DNA of 64,000 nt from the human T2T-CHM13v2.0 reference genome, Homo sapiens. Every line of letters begins with the position of its first letter. The stretch's first letter is position 1. Positions 41,913 through 55,810 of the stretch are shown here, in pieces. The notes under the pieces are model-generated. The model ran no database searches. It was given only the letters and a program-made list of their open reading frames with translations, and was not told where the DNA came from. The position numbers were made by a program, and so were the translations under genes. The DNA is taken from NCBI RefSeq assembly GCF_009914755.1, contig NC_060928.1. One strand, written 5' to 3'.

Positions 41913-42837
41913 GAGCGATAGACACAATCACTTATAACAAGATCTTGGGTCTTAATTTGATATACTTGGCATTGGATCTGTACCGTTAAACGTGTCGATT
42001 TAGAGGTTTGTTAATCTCTCTCCTAAGACTGGCCAACAGATTACTCTACGACTGGTAATATGGGAGAAGGGTGTTCCTAAGGTGTCTATAATCTTCTCCA
42101 TAGCTGTACAAACTTTTGAAATCTTTGTCACTGTCTGCCACATTTGCAGAAAATGTTCTCAGACAACTTGGTGAATGGACATCTAATATGCAAGTATCCT
42201 ACTAACAGATTTTTTAGATCTGAGTATGCAGTCTCTAGAGCCCTGCTGTAGGGACTTCTGTCCTAAACTCTGGCCAAAAAAACCTCTTGGTTCTTGGTTA
42301 GCCAGTTAGTTCCACTGTCTCAAGCCACTATGCAAAGTCTCAAGGTCAGCTCTTGAGGTCTCAAGGGGATGAGCATCATAAACAAGGCAAGTGTATGGTC
42401 AGAGTCAGGTAGACTCAGCCCATCATCTCAAGCACCTAAGCAGCAAAACAGGGGTGAAGAAGTATACACCTTTTCTACTCATTGATTTAGCAACTATCTT
42501 GTAAAGTCCTACTATACAATAAATCACAGGGAGTAACACAAGCAAATAACCTGTGGATTTCAGAAAGTCTCTGAGTAGCCTAAAGGGCATTGTGCCTGAG
42601 TCAAAGGGATTTTGTAAGAGGTTTCTCTGGAGATATTTGGCACTGTTGGCAAAAGATGTAGGTCTGCTTTGGGAAAATTAGATAAGGAAGAGTCACTCAT
42701 ACAGTTTTAAGAACATGAAATTGGAAATCCCAAGACATAGGTTATGAAAAAGCCCATACAAGGATGATATAAAAATAGTATCCAAAGTGGAATTAAACAG
42801 TGATTTAACTGATAAAGAAAAATTGGAAACAGGCACA

Positions 42838-42847
42838 TGTGTGTGTT

Positions 42848-42889
<42 letters not shown>
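42838..42889. repeat. (TG)n microsatellite
   Basis: Read directly; uninterrupted run 42850-42889. Confidence 0.95.
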
Positions 42890-42895
<6 letters not shown>

Positions 42896-42974
42896 TAGTC
42901 TAATAGCCAAGGAATGAGATGAAATAGATTAATTTCTTTCTGGGAAGGAAAATAGCATGTATGAGTTGCAACAC

Positions 42975-43339
42975 TCTACTAGTCTGCTTGGGCTGCCATA
43001 GCAAAACAACAGAAATTTATTTCTCACAGTTCTGGAGGCTAGAAGTTCCAGATCAAGTGTCAGCAGGGTTCAGTTTTGGTGAGGGCTGTCTTCATGGCTT
43101 TCAGATGGCCTCCCGCTTGCTGTGTCTTTGCATGGCTGTTCCTCTGAGTGTGCATGAAGAGTGAATGAGTGAGATCTCTGGTGTTTCTTCTTACAAGGAC
43201 ACTAATCCTATGGACAGAGCCCCACCTTTGTGACCTTATTTAACCTTAATTATATCCTTAAAGGCCCTATCTACAAATATGCTCACATTGGACCTCACAT
43301 GTAAATTTAGCAGGGAGAGACATAATTCAGTCCATAGCA
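42975..43339 (-). mobile_element. MaLR MLT1A-like solo LTR
   Basis: GGCTGCCATAGCAAA...ATTTATTTCTCACAGTTCTGGAGGCTAGAAG...AATTCAGTCCATAGCA; TSD AACAC (42970-42974) / AACAT (43340-43344). Confidence 0.85.
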
Positions 43340-43949
43340 AACATTAAGCATATTTTATGTAATACTGTTGATATTTTATGACAGAGATTTTAGGCTAACC
43401 ATTTTTAATCCAATTATATGTCATTATGAGGTATATTAGAACAATACTGTTATATACACGATCAGAATATAGTACATTTTGTTTTAAATTCCAAGCATTT
43501 ACTGAACATTCATCCTGTACAATAACCACAAGCCAGGCATTCTTTTGTACACACTTTTCATTTAGTGCACATTGTCAACTTGTGGCATTTGGTAATTTGT
43601 AATAACTGAAGTGGGATTGAAAATTGTGTTTAGGAACTCTCTCCCACTTCTGGGAACACAATGAGAAGAGGTTAAATAGAATATGACTTCATTTTTATTT
43701 TATTTTATTTTTGTCCCAGGGGTTTCTCGTGAACTCTAAACCACAGGAACTTGCCTGTAGTTGGGATGCCATTACATATGTTTGAGATTTACGGAGGACT
43801 CCAGTAAAACTCTAGATTTCTGGACAACTAAATTTCTTGGGAGCACTTCAAAGTGCTACTTGACTCAGAATTTTCCAACTATCTTAATTTTACAGAACTG
43901 TATATCTAGGTATATGCAGGAAATTCTGTATTATATTTTAATTAACTAG

Positions 43950-45762
43950 TTAAATAATTCTTACTGTATATGTTTAATGTATACAACATGATGTTTTGAT
44001 ATTCTTTCGTTGATATACGTATGTATAGTCAAGCGATTGCCACTGTCAAGCAAATTAACATACCCATGATCTCACATAACTACTTTTGTTTTTCTTTCCT
44101 TTTTTTGTGTGGTAAGAGTACCTAAAAATCTGCTCTCTTGGCCAATTATCGTTACAATCACAATATTATTAACTATACTTCTCATGGTATTTGTTAGATC
44201 TCTAGACATTTCTTCTACAAAATTGCAACTTGGTACCTTTTGTCCTGCGTCTTGCTATTTCTCCTGATCCTAGTAGCCTCAGCTTGATTCTGTTTCCATG
44301 TATTCAATTTTTTTTTGTAAAGATTCCACGTTTGATTCTTTTTCTGTGTCTGGCTTATTTAACTTAGCATAATGCTTTCTAGGTTTATCCATGTTGCTGC
44401 AAACAGCAGACTCTCCTCTTTTAAGACTGAATAAAATTTCATTGTATGCATATACCACAATTTCTTTATCCATTCATCTGTAGACGGACACTGAAAATTT
44501 TTTCATATCTTGGCTATTGTGAAAAATGCTGCAATGAACATAGGAGTGAAGCTCTGTTTATGAGGCAGTGATTTCACTTTATTTGGGAATATACTCAAAA
44601 GAAAGATTGCTTAGTCATATGATAGTTCTATTTTTAATTTCTTTAGGAACTGTCATATTGTTGTCCACAATAGTTACACTAATCTACATTCCCAACATTA
44701 CACGAGTGTTCCCTTTTCTCTGCACCCTTGCCAACTGTCTTTGGAGAAATGTCTATTCAGGTTCATTGCTCATTTTTAAATTGGGTTGTTTTGTTTGCCA
44801 TTGAGTTGTGTGAGTTCCTTCTATATTGTGTATATTAAACTCTTATTAGATAAATGGTTGCAATTATTTTCTCCCAATCCAGATTGCCTTTTCATTTTAT
44901 TTCCTTTGCTGCACAGAAGCTTTATAGTTTGTTGTAGTCTCACTTGTTTATTTTTGTTTGATTGCCTGTGCTTTTTGCATCCCATCCAAAAAAGTGTTGC
45001 CAATACCAGTGTCAAGGAGCTTTTCCCCTGTTTTCTTCTAGAGTTTTATGGTTTCTGGTCTTCCATTTAGTTTTTAATTCATTTTGAGTTGATTTTTGCA
45101 TATGTTGTAAGACAAGGGTCGAATTTCATTCTTTTGCATGTGAATATCCCATTTTCCCTACACCATTTATTGAAAAAAAAACTATCCTTTCCCCATGGTG
45201 TCTCCTTGGTGCTGTTATCAAAAATTAGTTGATTGTATATCCCTGAGTTTATTTCTGAGATCTCTATTCTGGTCCATTAATCTATGTTCTGTTTTAATGC
45301 CAGTATCATACTGTTTTGATTACTACAGCTTTCTAGTAGATTTTGAGATCCAGGTAGTATAGTATAGTGCCTCAAACTTTGTGCTTTTTGCTTTAGCTAT
45401 TTGACATCTTTTGTGTTTCCACATGAATTTTAGTATTGCTTTTTCTATTTCTGTGAAAAATGTCATTGGAATTTTGATAGAAATTGCATTAAGTTTGTAT
45501 ATCATTTTGGGTCATATGCACGTATTAAAAATTTTAATTATTGAAATACATGAACAAAGGATATATTTGTCTTCAATTTATTTCATCAATGTTTCATAAT
45601 TTTTATGTAAATATCTTTCATCTCTTTATTTAAATTTATTCCCATGTATTTTTATTTAAATTTATTCCTATATATTTTATTTTTGATGCTATTGCAAGTG
45701 GGATTGCTTTCTTGATTTCTTTTTCAGAAATGCTACTGATTTGTCTGTGTTGATTTTTTAGC
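43950..45762 (-). mobile_element. L1MA-like LINE-1, 5'-truncated
   Basis: 3' end ATACAACATGATGTTTTG...GTCAAGCAAATTAACATA; ORF2 fragments on - ([22 protein letters not shown], 45323-45505). Confidence 0.88.
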
Positions 45763-47305
45763 AGGAGAATCTTGAAAGAATATTTGCCCTTAACTTCACT
45801 GATAAATCCACCCACTCTAAAGTGGGAGAATCAGTAGGGATTCTTGCTTGCTGGTCTTGTCATCTTCAATACACTGTTCAAGCACAATAGTTGTTGAATA
45901 TAAGAGGATCCTGTAGAGTAATTTCTCTGAGAACTATAACACCACACCATTGTTTAATTTGGCCAGACTGTAGGTTTAAAGGGCCTTTGACACCGTCTCT
46001 TAAAGTATTTTCAAATCGCGAATTTGCATTATAAGGCATAATGCAGTATTTAGAATAAACAAAAAAGCAACTAACAAATAATGCAAACAAAAAATTGCCA
46101 CATTCATCAGACTGTAAACTACAGCATTGATTACAGTGATCTCGTCAGTCTTAGTGTACATATTTGTCCTCTTCTAAGCTAATATGTGTATATTTTAAAT
46201 TACAATGAATTTCATACCACCTCCCACCTAGTTTAGAGTATACAATCTAAAGTAAATTTCATTTGTCTGATAATATTTCAAGTATTATATATTATTTACA
46301 CAAGCCCCACAGGTTGATACATATTTTTTTGTTTGCCTGTGGCTGAGAACACAAGGATTTGTTGAGCTGATTTTATGTATTTCTTTCCTTGAGGTAAAAC
46401 TTTTCTTTGTTTAGAGCAAAAGGCTCCATAGTACAATTTGTTTTCACCAAGGAATGTATTTGCTTATTTCATAAACATATTTATTATGAATCATTCTCTG
46501 AACGAGAGGAGCATTGCCCATGATATATGGTGAGCACAGTTAAATTGGTGAACAGAGACAGACAGACAAAATAAGTTTTCTAAGAGATAATGAGTCTGTA
46601 ATTCAATAATACTAACTGAACAAGAATTTTCACCAGGCTCTGGAAAAAGTAGACTTATAGTTTTGTAATATAATGAATATCATTAGTGGCATTTATAAGC
46701 AGAATTGACTTGTAGTTTTTTTTAATTGGAATGGGTTTAAGGAATAATGAAGTGAGATCATACAGTTGATCCCTACTCTTTTTCTATAAATATTTTATCT
46801 TAACATATTTATATTAATATTATATTTGGATTTTCATTCAGAGAGCTAATCTTGCTATTTCATAAAATTAATTTTCCATAAAATAAAAAGGAAGCTTTTA
46901 ATATAACATGAATCTGCCAACATACCTGATTATCCTAAGTAATAAGGAGAGGCTTTTGGCTCTTTTACTAAAGTACACAATTAATTGGAAGATAATAATG
47001 TCAAATAAATACTAGTTTAATATACTACTTTTGAATATATTTTATGTCTTTATTAAGGTGTGTATTAACATTTCTATTTATAATATTGGTTTAACTTATT
47101 TTGAAAAAAAACCTTTACAATGTACGAGAAATGACATAGAAAGATATAAAGCACATTTAGCATTGTTGTGTTTTAATAACTGCAAATGTTCTAAATGTGA
47201 ATAAGAGCATATAATTAAGATTTTTTGAATAAACTCCTAAAATTGAAATGTTTGTGTTGTCTTTATATCATTACCCTAATGCCCATTTTTGGTTGAGGTA
47301 TTTGA

Positions 47306-47665
47306 CGCCAGAATAATGGCTCCCCAAGGATGTCCATGGTTTTGGAATTTAAGAATATGTTACATTACATGGCAAATCTGTAGAAATTAAAGTAGCAGAT
47401 GGATTTAAAGTTGCTAATCTGCTGACTTTAAGAGAGGTAGATTTTCTTGGATTATTCCATTGGGTCCAATATTATCACAATAATTTCTAAATGTGGAGGA
47501 AATCAGAAGAAGTGAGTGCTTTGATACGAGAAGTACTTGAACCATACTTGCTGGGTGTGAAGATGGGGGAAGGGGCCACTAGCCAAAGAATGTAGGTGTC
47601 CTCTGGAAGCTGGAAACAGCTAGAAAACATGTTTTCTGTAGAGGCTGCAGAAAGGAGCTCAGCTC
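47306..47665 (+). mobile_element. MaLR MLT1D-like LTR, 3' part missing
   Basis: GCCAGAATAATGGCTCCCCAAGGATGTCC...GCAGATGGATTTAAAGTTGCTAATCTGCTGAC...CTCTGGAAGCTGGAAA. Confidence 0.75.
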
Positions 47666-47944
47666 TGGGATCATTCTCAGTTCCTTAAGGCTGCCCTCTG
47701 GTCCTAGCCTTGGCTAGCCTAGGCCTTGGCCTTCTCATAGAATCACAATTTATTTTTTAAAAAGTCATCAAGAGAATTAATCTCTCAAGCTTGCCATGAT
47801 CATGTCTTATGTAATCTAATCAAGGAAATGGAATATCCCCTCATATCCATAAGCCCTGGCCACACTCAAGAGAAAAACATATACATGGCAAATATAGCAG
47901 AGAACAAGAAATTTGGAGGCCATCTTGGAATTCTGTCTACAACA
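47666..47944 (-). mobile_element. MaLR MLT1E-like LTR, 5' part only
   Basis: GTAATCTAATCAAGG...CACACTCAAG...GGAGGCCATCTTGGAATTCTGTCTACAACA is an MLT1 5' end on -. Confidence 0.65.
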
Positions 47945-48465
47945 CTCCTGGTATTCCCTCTGTGTGTTTGTCTTTGTCTCTCTCCACATATATATACGTA
48001 CATACACATCCATGCACATATGTATTTGTATTACTTTTTTCAATGTAGACATATCAGCTTCTTATAATATTTGATTTGTTTTTCCACTAGTTCAGTCATA
48101 TGTCGCTGTTTTAGCTACCAGATCCCATCTGATACATGAAAACAACATGAAGAAGATAAAGAAAGTTTCTCTATGCATCTTTTCTCTCGTGACATTCAAT
48201 TGCATACTCACCATCACCCAAACAGCAAAATTATTGACTGACACTTCAAATAATCTCTTCTAATACTTATTTACATTAAAAATATTTTTCTTTATGAGGG
48301 TGAAGTAGAAATTAATTCACAGCTCTGTACTCTGGACAAAGAAAAAACTGTAACAAAAAAATCTTCACACTGATCTAACACTTTATATTCTCATGAGTCA
48401 AGTGATTAATTAAATTCCAATGCTCCTCTGAAGGAGGTTGGGCATTTCTATAAATTAAAAAATAT

Positions 48466-48823
<358 letters not shown>

Positions 48824-49809
48824 TTAAATATATGTAATAAAAAATTAAAGATTTCTTATAGAAAAACTTATTGAAAAAGTCCCTGAAAGATAACAAATGA
48901 TATTATAAACTATGTATTTCTGTAGTAAATTTCCCAAAAATACATAATTTTATGAGCAAAATGGTGTGGAATATATAAAATATTGTATGTATGTGTGTGT
49001 ATATAAGCTTTTTAAGTGAAGTTAAGAAACATGAATGAGGACCTATGAAGCATTATTTCTGTGCACGTACCAATATCCTGTTATTTCCAGTGCCCAACCC
49101 TAAGATCTCTGACTCTACCACATTAACTTCAGACTAAAAACTAACCCTTTTAAACACACCGTAAATGATTTTTTTTTGTTAAATGCAACTTAAAAATTTC
49201 AAAATATATAATAGTAAAAATGATGTTTAATATATTGTGTTGAAATGTTAAAGAATAAACTGTAGTTTGAATGCATCTGAATATTTTGTAGGCATGCAAC
49301 AGCTCTTAGTAAGAAACCATTCCATCTTTCTGAGAGAAAGTTGTATATTAACTGAAGAGAGGCATTTTGTTTTGATCTGGAGGCACAAGAAATCTTAAAG
49401 TGTGAATCCCATTAGGTTATAAGATAAAAAAAAATCCTATCAGAGAATAGGAAAATAAAAACCACTAGTAATCTCATTACTGCCTCTTCAAATACTACTG
49501 CTATATAGGTGAACAGCTTCCCCTCTAGTCTTTCCTCTTTCTTCCCAAAATAGCCGACGAGTGGATCAAGCATGTCTAGTGGGATATAAGCACAAAGTAT
49601 GCTTATTCTTGTTTTCTCCTCTTTTTATTTGTTCTGATTATTAATTTTTCCCCTAGTCATAGTTCTTTTTTTGGATGAAATTTAGGGCAAGTGTTCAGGC
49701 TTACCTAGTTACTTCAGATGATGACATCTCCTCTAAACAGTAATTAATATTTTCAGTCCATGGTAATATTCAACATTTTAAGCTCATTTAAAATACTAAC
49801 TATGCCCCC

Positions 49810-50243
49810 TGATATGGTTTGACTCTGTGTCTGCACCCAAATCTCATGTCAAATTGTAATCCCCACTTATTGAAGGTGGGGACTGGTGGGAGGTGATTGG
49901 ATCATAGTCGGGGGTTCCAGTGGTTTAGCGCCATCCTCCCTAGGGCTGTCTTGTGATAGAGTTCTCACCAGATCCGATGAGATCTGATGGTTTCAAAGTG
50001 TGTAGCAGTCTCAGTCTCTCTGTCTGTCTGTCTGTCTCTCTCTCTGTCTCTCAATCCCCTGCTCCACCATGGTAAGATGTGCTTACTTCCCCTTTATGTT
50101 TTGACACGATTGTAAGTTTCCTGAGGCCTCCCAGCCATGCTTCTGTACAGCCTGAGGAACTGTGAGTCAATTAAATGTCTTTTCTTCATAAACTACCCAG
50201 TCTCAGGTAGTTCTTTATAGCAGCATGAAAACAGACTAATACA
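49810..50243 (+). mobile_element. MaLR MSTA-like solo LTR
   Basis: TGATATGGTTTGACTCTGTGTC...CAGTCTCAGGTAGTTCTTTATAGCAG...GACTAATACA, 434 bp; perfect TSD CCCCC (49805-49809 / 50244-50248). Confidence 0.92.
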
Positions 50244-50910
50244 CCCCCTTTCTCAGCCTGTGCTTGTGGTAAGGCTAGCCAATGCAAGCAGGAAAGAGGG
50301 GTGCTGTCTGCTGTTTCTCCAATTGGCATCTGTGCCCCTTCTTCATCTTGTCAGTTATAGTGTCTGACCCCTAAGTGGCATGGGAAAGGAGAGGACAAAA
50401 AGAAAGGAGTTAGACATTTGACTAATACTGTTCAGAGTTGAAATGCGCTCTTTGAGCAGGTAGGCATTTAAAGCTAACTTTTCCCTCATGGGATACACTT
50501 GTGGGTTCTTTGGAGACTGATCTGTGTGACCCCAATGGCTCAACGAGAATCTTCTCCTACAATTCCCTTGACTAGGTAATGCCCTCACTCTCCTGCTATC
50601 TTCTTCTCCCTGGTTCTCAGTGTTTCACTGCCACATAAACTCTCTCTCTCACTGTTGGGGTCCCATTGCCCCTCTGAGTGGAATTCCTGGGCAAAAGATT
50701 CAATGCAAGCTCACCAGGCTATCTCACATTGGGCCTACATCTGGTCTCCTGGAAATATGCCCATATCCTTTGTCTGGACAATCCTGAGACAGACCCAGCC
50801 CAATGCAGAAGTGCCTATTCTTCTCTCAGCAGCAGATTAACTTGTCTGGGAGTTACTCATCCTCAGACTTCTCAAGCTCATTCCGACACCTGTCCACCTA
50901 ATGCAGTAAC

Positions 50911-51240
50911 TGCACGTGACACAATAAACACTTAATGCAAGTCACAAATGGGAGTCACATATATAATATTATTAGTAGCCACGCTAGAAAAATGAGACAG
51001 AAACAGATAAAGTTAATTTCAATTTCAGTAACATTTCATTTAATCTAATCTGTCAAAAATACTATTGTCTCAATATATAATCAACAAAACTGTTAATGAA
51101 ATACATTACAGTTTTTTTGTATTAAGTCTTTGAAATGGAGTGTGTATTTTAGACTTAAAGTACATCTCTACTCAGGGTAGCTGCATTTCAAATGTTATAT
51201 TGCCGCAAATCATAAGTGGCTTGTGTATTGGAAAGTGCAG
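50911..51240 (+). mobile_element. MER33 hAT-Charlie MITE
   Basis: TAGTAGCCAC...AAGTCTTTGAAATGGAGTGTGTATTTTAGACTTAAAGTACATCTC...GTATTGGAAAGTGCAG. Confidence 0.75.
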
Positions 51241-51289
51241 CTTTAAATCTTTAACAGTCTTTAACTTTAAAGACTTAAAAACTCAAGAT

Positions 51290-53240
51290 AAGAATACTCT
51301 ATTTATTCCTGTTTTTCCCATTCTAATATTATTTTTTCTCCTCTGATGTTCCAAGTTCCTTCTGTTATAATTTCCCTTCTGGCTGCAGACCTACTAACCA
51401 TTTATGTAGGTTGGGTTATCTGGCAAGAAATTATCTTAATTTTGTCATCTGAAAATGTCTTTATTTTTCCTTCTTTCTTGAGGTATATAGAAATTTGTTC
51501 TGGATTGAAGTTCTTTCCTTTCAGCCCTTAAAGCAAGTTTTGCCACTTCCTTCTGGCTTCCATGGTTTCAGAGGAGATCTGCTGTCATTTGATTCATTGT
51601 TGCCTCATAAGCCATATTACTCTAGCAGTTTTCCAGATTTTTTCTTTTGTTTTCAGAAGTTTGAGTATAATGTGTCTTAATATGTATTTCGATGAGTTTA
51701 TTCTTTCTGGGACTCATTAATCTTATTGAATACATAGAGTTTTTCTTCTTGCCAAGTTTGGTAAATTTTTAGCTATGACTTTATCAAATAGTTTTTCAGC
51801 CTGACCCTTTTTATCCTCTCCTTCTGGGACCTCCATGACATAAGTTTTAGATCTTCTGTATTGTCTACATGGTCCCAAAGCTCTGTTCATGTTTTGTTTT
51901 CAGTCTATTTTCTCTCTTTTGCTCAAATTGGGTAATTTTCTATTGATTAGTCTTCAGATTTATTGATTCTTTCCTCTGTTATCTCTATTCTATTATTGAG
52001 TACATCCAGTGAAATGTTTATGTTGGTTTTTGTGTTTTTCCATTTTGTAATTTTCATTCGGTTCTTTTAAAACAATCTTCTTTCATTGAAACTTTCTATT
52101 TCAAGAGTGTTTGTAATTGCTCACTGAAGTGTTTTTGGATAGTTGCACTGAAATTCCGTCAGATAATTTTGATAACTGTGTCTGTTTGGCCTTGGTATCT
52201 ATGAATTGCTAATTCTAGTGTGATTATTCTGGTTGTTGATATTACAATGATTTTCAAATGTATCCTAGAAATTTCTGGTATTATTAGACTCTAGATCCTA
52301 TTTAAAACTTCTATTTTATTGGGCATTACCTTGTTTAGGATTAGCATACATGCTCTGGCCTACTTTTCTGGTTACAATAATTTTGTTTTCAGAGTCTTTG
52401 CAGTGCTATTCTGCTCTTCTTTGTGTGGTACTCAAAGGCTGATCTGAAAACTCGTGTGATTTTCCACACAGCAGTTCAGCTCTCAAATCTTTTGCCATAT
52501 TAAATCTGGTAGATTTCTCATGTGGGCATCTTAATAATTTGCTAAGGACTTTCTATATAAGTTTGAAGAATGCTTTTTACTAGCTCTATCCTCTGTTCTC
52601 TGAAATTCTGCCCAACACTCTATTTGGGAGGGGAAGGAGTTCCTCCTGCCAGTGCAGGGAGATGGTCCAATTTCTCCAGTGGCCCTCCTCTGGCACTAGC
52701 AGGATTGGAGTAGTATAACACCACCTCTTAAAGCTGAGTGGGGTTGCAAGCCCAACCTCCCCACTGCACAGGAGAAGCAGAGGGCTGCTTACTGCCCATC
52801 TGATGATGATGGAGGCCCAGGCTCTCCACTTGGACTCTGATGACACCACTGGAGAGGAAGAAGAGGTGATGGTGATGAGGTGGGAAGAACATGTTGTTTT
52901 TCCTGTGGTGTTGGTTGAGGTTTTCTATTCTTCTAAGCCACTCTTTTCCTGGTTCTTTGGCTAGACAGAACAGTCTTTTCTTGGACCAATTTTTATCTGT
53001 GCCTGTTGGCATTTCTGAATTGCCAGCTTCTCCAGCCCCTAGTCAGGGATATGTGAGAAACAGAAAGACAACCTAGGAATTCACTACTCTGTTATTCCTC
53101 AAATCTCAAGATCTGCCTCCTTCTTTCTACCTTTCAAACTCTTCTTATTTTGCTTTATTATGTGGGGGGATTTTTACTTGTACTTAGCAGAAGGACTAAG
53201 GTAAAAGGAGGCTATTTCATTATATTCAAAACTGAAACTC
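51290..53240 (-). mobile_element. Old L1M ORF1 / 5' region
   Basis: CTGAAAATGTCTTTATTTTTCCTTC...CTTCTGGCTTCCATGGTTTCAG...GCCAAGTTTGGTAAATTTTTAGC...TCTCCTTCTGGGAC typical of antisense L1M ORF1; the GC-richer 52600-53240 part is tentatively its 5'UTR. Confidence 0.7.
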
Positions 53241-55760
53241 CTATTGCTTAAACAAAATTTACCTTTATTGATGTAACTAGTGGCTCTAATAACTCATTTT
53301 GAAACAATAGTTAGTGAATATATTAATGTTCACAAATGCTGTATTTCCATTTAATATACGTTTATATTTTTAAAATGTGCAGCACTTGAACAGCTAATCA
53401 AATTAAAGAATCCTAGTTGACATAAAAACAATTATCCTTCACAGTCAAACTCTGTTTTATCAATTTGGTAACTGTCATTCCCAGATAAGGAGCGACTTTC
53501 ACTTAGTTTTCCTTGCCAATAATACTTAAAGTCTTACTACTAAAAATAAGATTCAAAACTTGAAAATAATCCATTAGAATATTTAATCTCTCAAATACTT
53601 AAACAATTTGAAAGAAATGACAAGAAGTATTATTTAGGGCTTATTCTTTTAAGAGGATCTAATTATATTTAGCCATGTTCTACTAGAGTTAGTATTACAC
53701 AGTGACTGAGCTGATTTGTTTATCAGAAGAGTTTATTCCTGATCCTACAAGTGTTTTCACAATAATATTTGCAAAGATGTTTAAGGCCTTTCAATGATAT
53801 GTTCACAAAGCGCTTAAATATTTCAATGATATTTGTATATCTTGAAAAATTGCACATAGAGTAGTGAAAGGAGTAATATGTTCTCATATATTTAAGACCT
53901 AGACAAATAGGTTATTATGCTTACTTTGGAAATATACTTTATACGTGAGCATTCGTCTCCTGGTAATATATATAACTATAGTTTTAAATGTATAGGCATA
54001 TATTATGATGTTGCTAATAGAGCCATTCTAGGCTCTCATGTAAATATAGGATAAATATCAAAATGTATTTAAGTCATCAAAACTTTTATTATCATATTAG
54101 ATATTAGAAGAAATATTTTGGTTAAATTTTGCTTGCATACACAATTTACCTGAGAAAAGCATATATATTATGTTTATTCTAGGTCACCTCAGAATTTGAA
54201 TTTATGAGTTCAGTAAAGCACCTTTTGGTTATATAGCAATATTTATTGGCTATTGATTTTTATTTTTTAATGAGTATATGATGTAATACTTCAAATACAT
54301 ACATTTCAAATTAATATATTAGGTAAAATTAGTAAAAAAAAATATTGCAGGTGTGATGCTTTTCAGCATTTTAAATATAGTACAGTTGATGAAATGTGTA
54401 CTAGAAAAGGTGGTGTAGAATTGTGGTCAGCAATCTATGTTCTTTCCTAAGTTCCATGAGTGACTTTACAAACAAGTCATCAAGTTACCCCTTAGAGTTG
54501 TGTAAGAAGAACCTGAGTATGTGACCCCAGTTGTAGAGATAAGAGAAGTGGCCTCAAAAGCATTATGAATGCCTTAGAATTGGGTATTTTAAAATATAAG
54601 CAATTATTTTAAGTAACTTGGTGTCCTAAAGAAAAAGGAAATATATATTCTCGCATCTAAAATACTCTTCAATGATCAAGTTGCCATGTGTGGGGGCAGG
54701 AGGGTTACAATTCTATAGCCCTAGCAACTATGAGTGGGACATATATAAAACTGAAGCCATAATTAATACAGAAGTTGCAGTACAGAAAGCCTTCTGCTTC
54801 AACTTCCACTACATCAGTACATCAAAATGATTCTTAAAGTCATGTTTAAGATAAAAATTATAGCTGTTTATTGTCCAGTGATAACCCAGTTAATGTTTGG
54901 AGCCAATCACCGTGGACATTAGTTCATTGGTTTGGGAGTATGTAGTTACTCATATTTAGTAATGACTCTAGTGATATTGGGTGGGATATTTTAGTACCTA
55001 GAAGACATAAGACTCCCTATCTTCTCAACAAAGACTTCATTTATAGTTTTGCTTTCATGAATCCTGTGTTTGGAGATATTTTCTCTACTAAATCACCAGA
55101 TTAATTTGCTTTCATTTATTTATTATACAAATACCATTGGTTGTCTACTGTAAATCAAGGACTATTCAAGGTCCTGAGGACATAGTTCTCCTCTTAGAGC
55201 TATAAATATTTTCTCATTTCATAGTAAAAAGACATAAGCAAATTTCTAACTGAGCTTATGATTATTAGATAAAAATTAAGGCTATTATACTGGCTTGATA
55301 TAACTTCAGGCAAAAGCAAAATATCTTGGTGATTTCCTTTACTTTAGCTGATATATCTTATGTTTCTAAATTTATAAAACAGCCCAAGGACCCTTCATTA
55401 CTAGCTCCAGACACCTAAGGGTACAGTGAATCCCTTTGGAGAAACTGCCCTACAGTTTGAAAATCTGCTCATTTTAAACACTAAGATAATTTGCTAAAAG
55501 TTTATCTTGAAATATTCTCTATTTGGTTAATTATATAGTCATTGTAGTTGGCTGAATGCTTTTAGAAATGAAATGGGTCAAAGGCATTACAACTCTAAAA
55601 TTGCTCATGTTAATTTCTCTTCCTATTTTTAATTGTATTTTCTCTTCCTATTTTTCATTGTATTCTGGATTTTTAAATATTATTTCTATTCTCAGAATAT
55701 TTAATAAAATCTAGCATGCATGAGGTTTGTGGGCATAATGTTATGAGATTCTCAAACAAA

Positions 55761-55764
<4 letters not shown>

Positions 55765-55806
<42 letters not shown>
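55765..55806. repeat. (TG)21 microsatellite
   Basis: Read directly. Confidence 0.95.
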
Positions 55807-55810
<4 letters not shown>

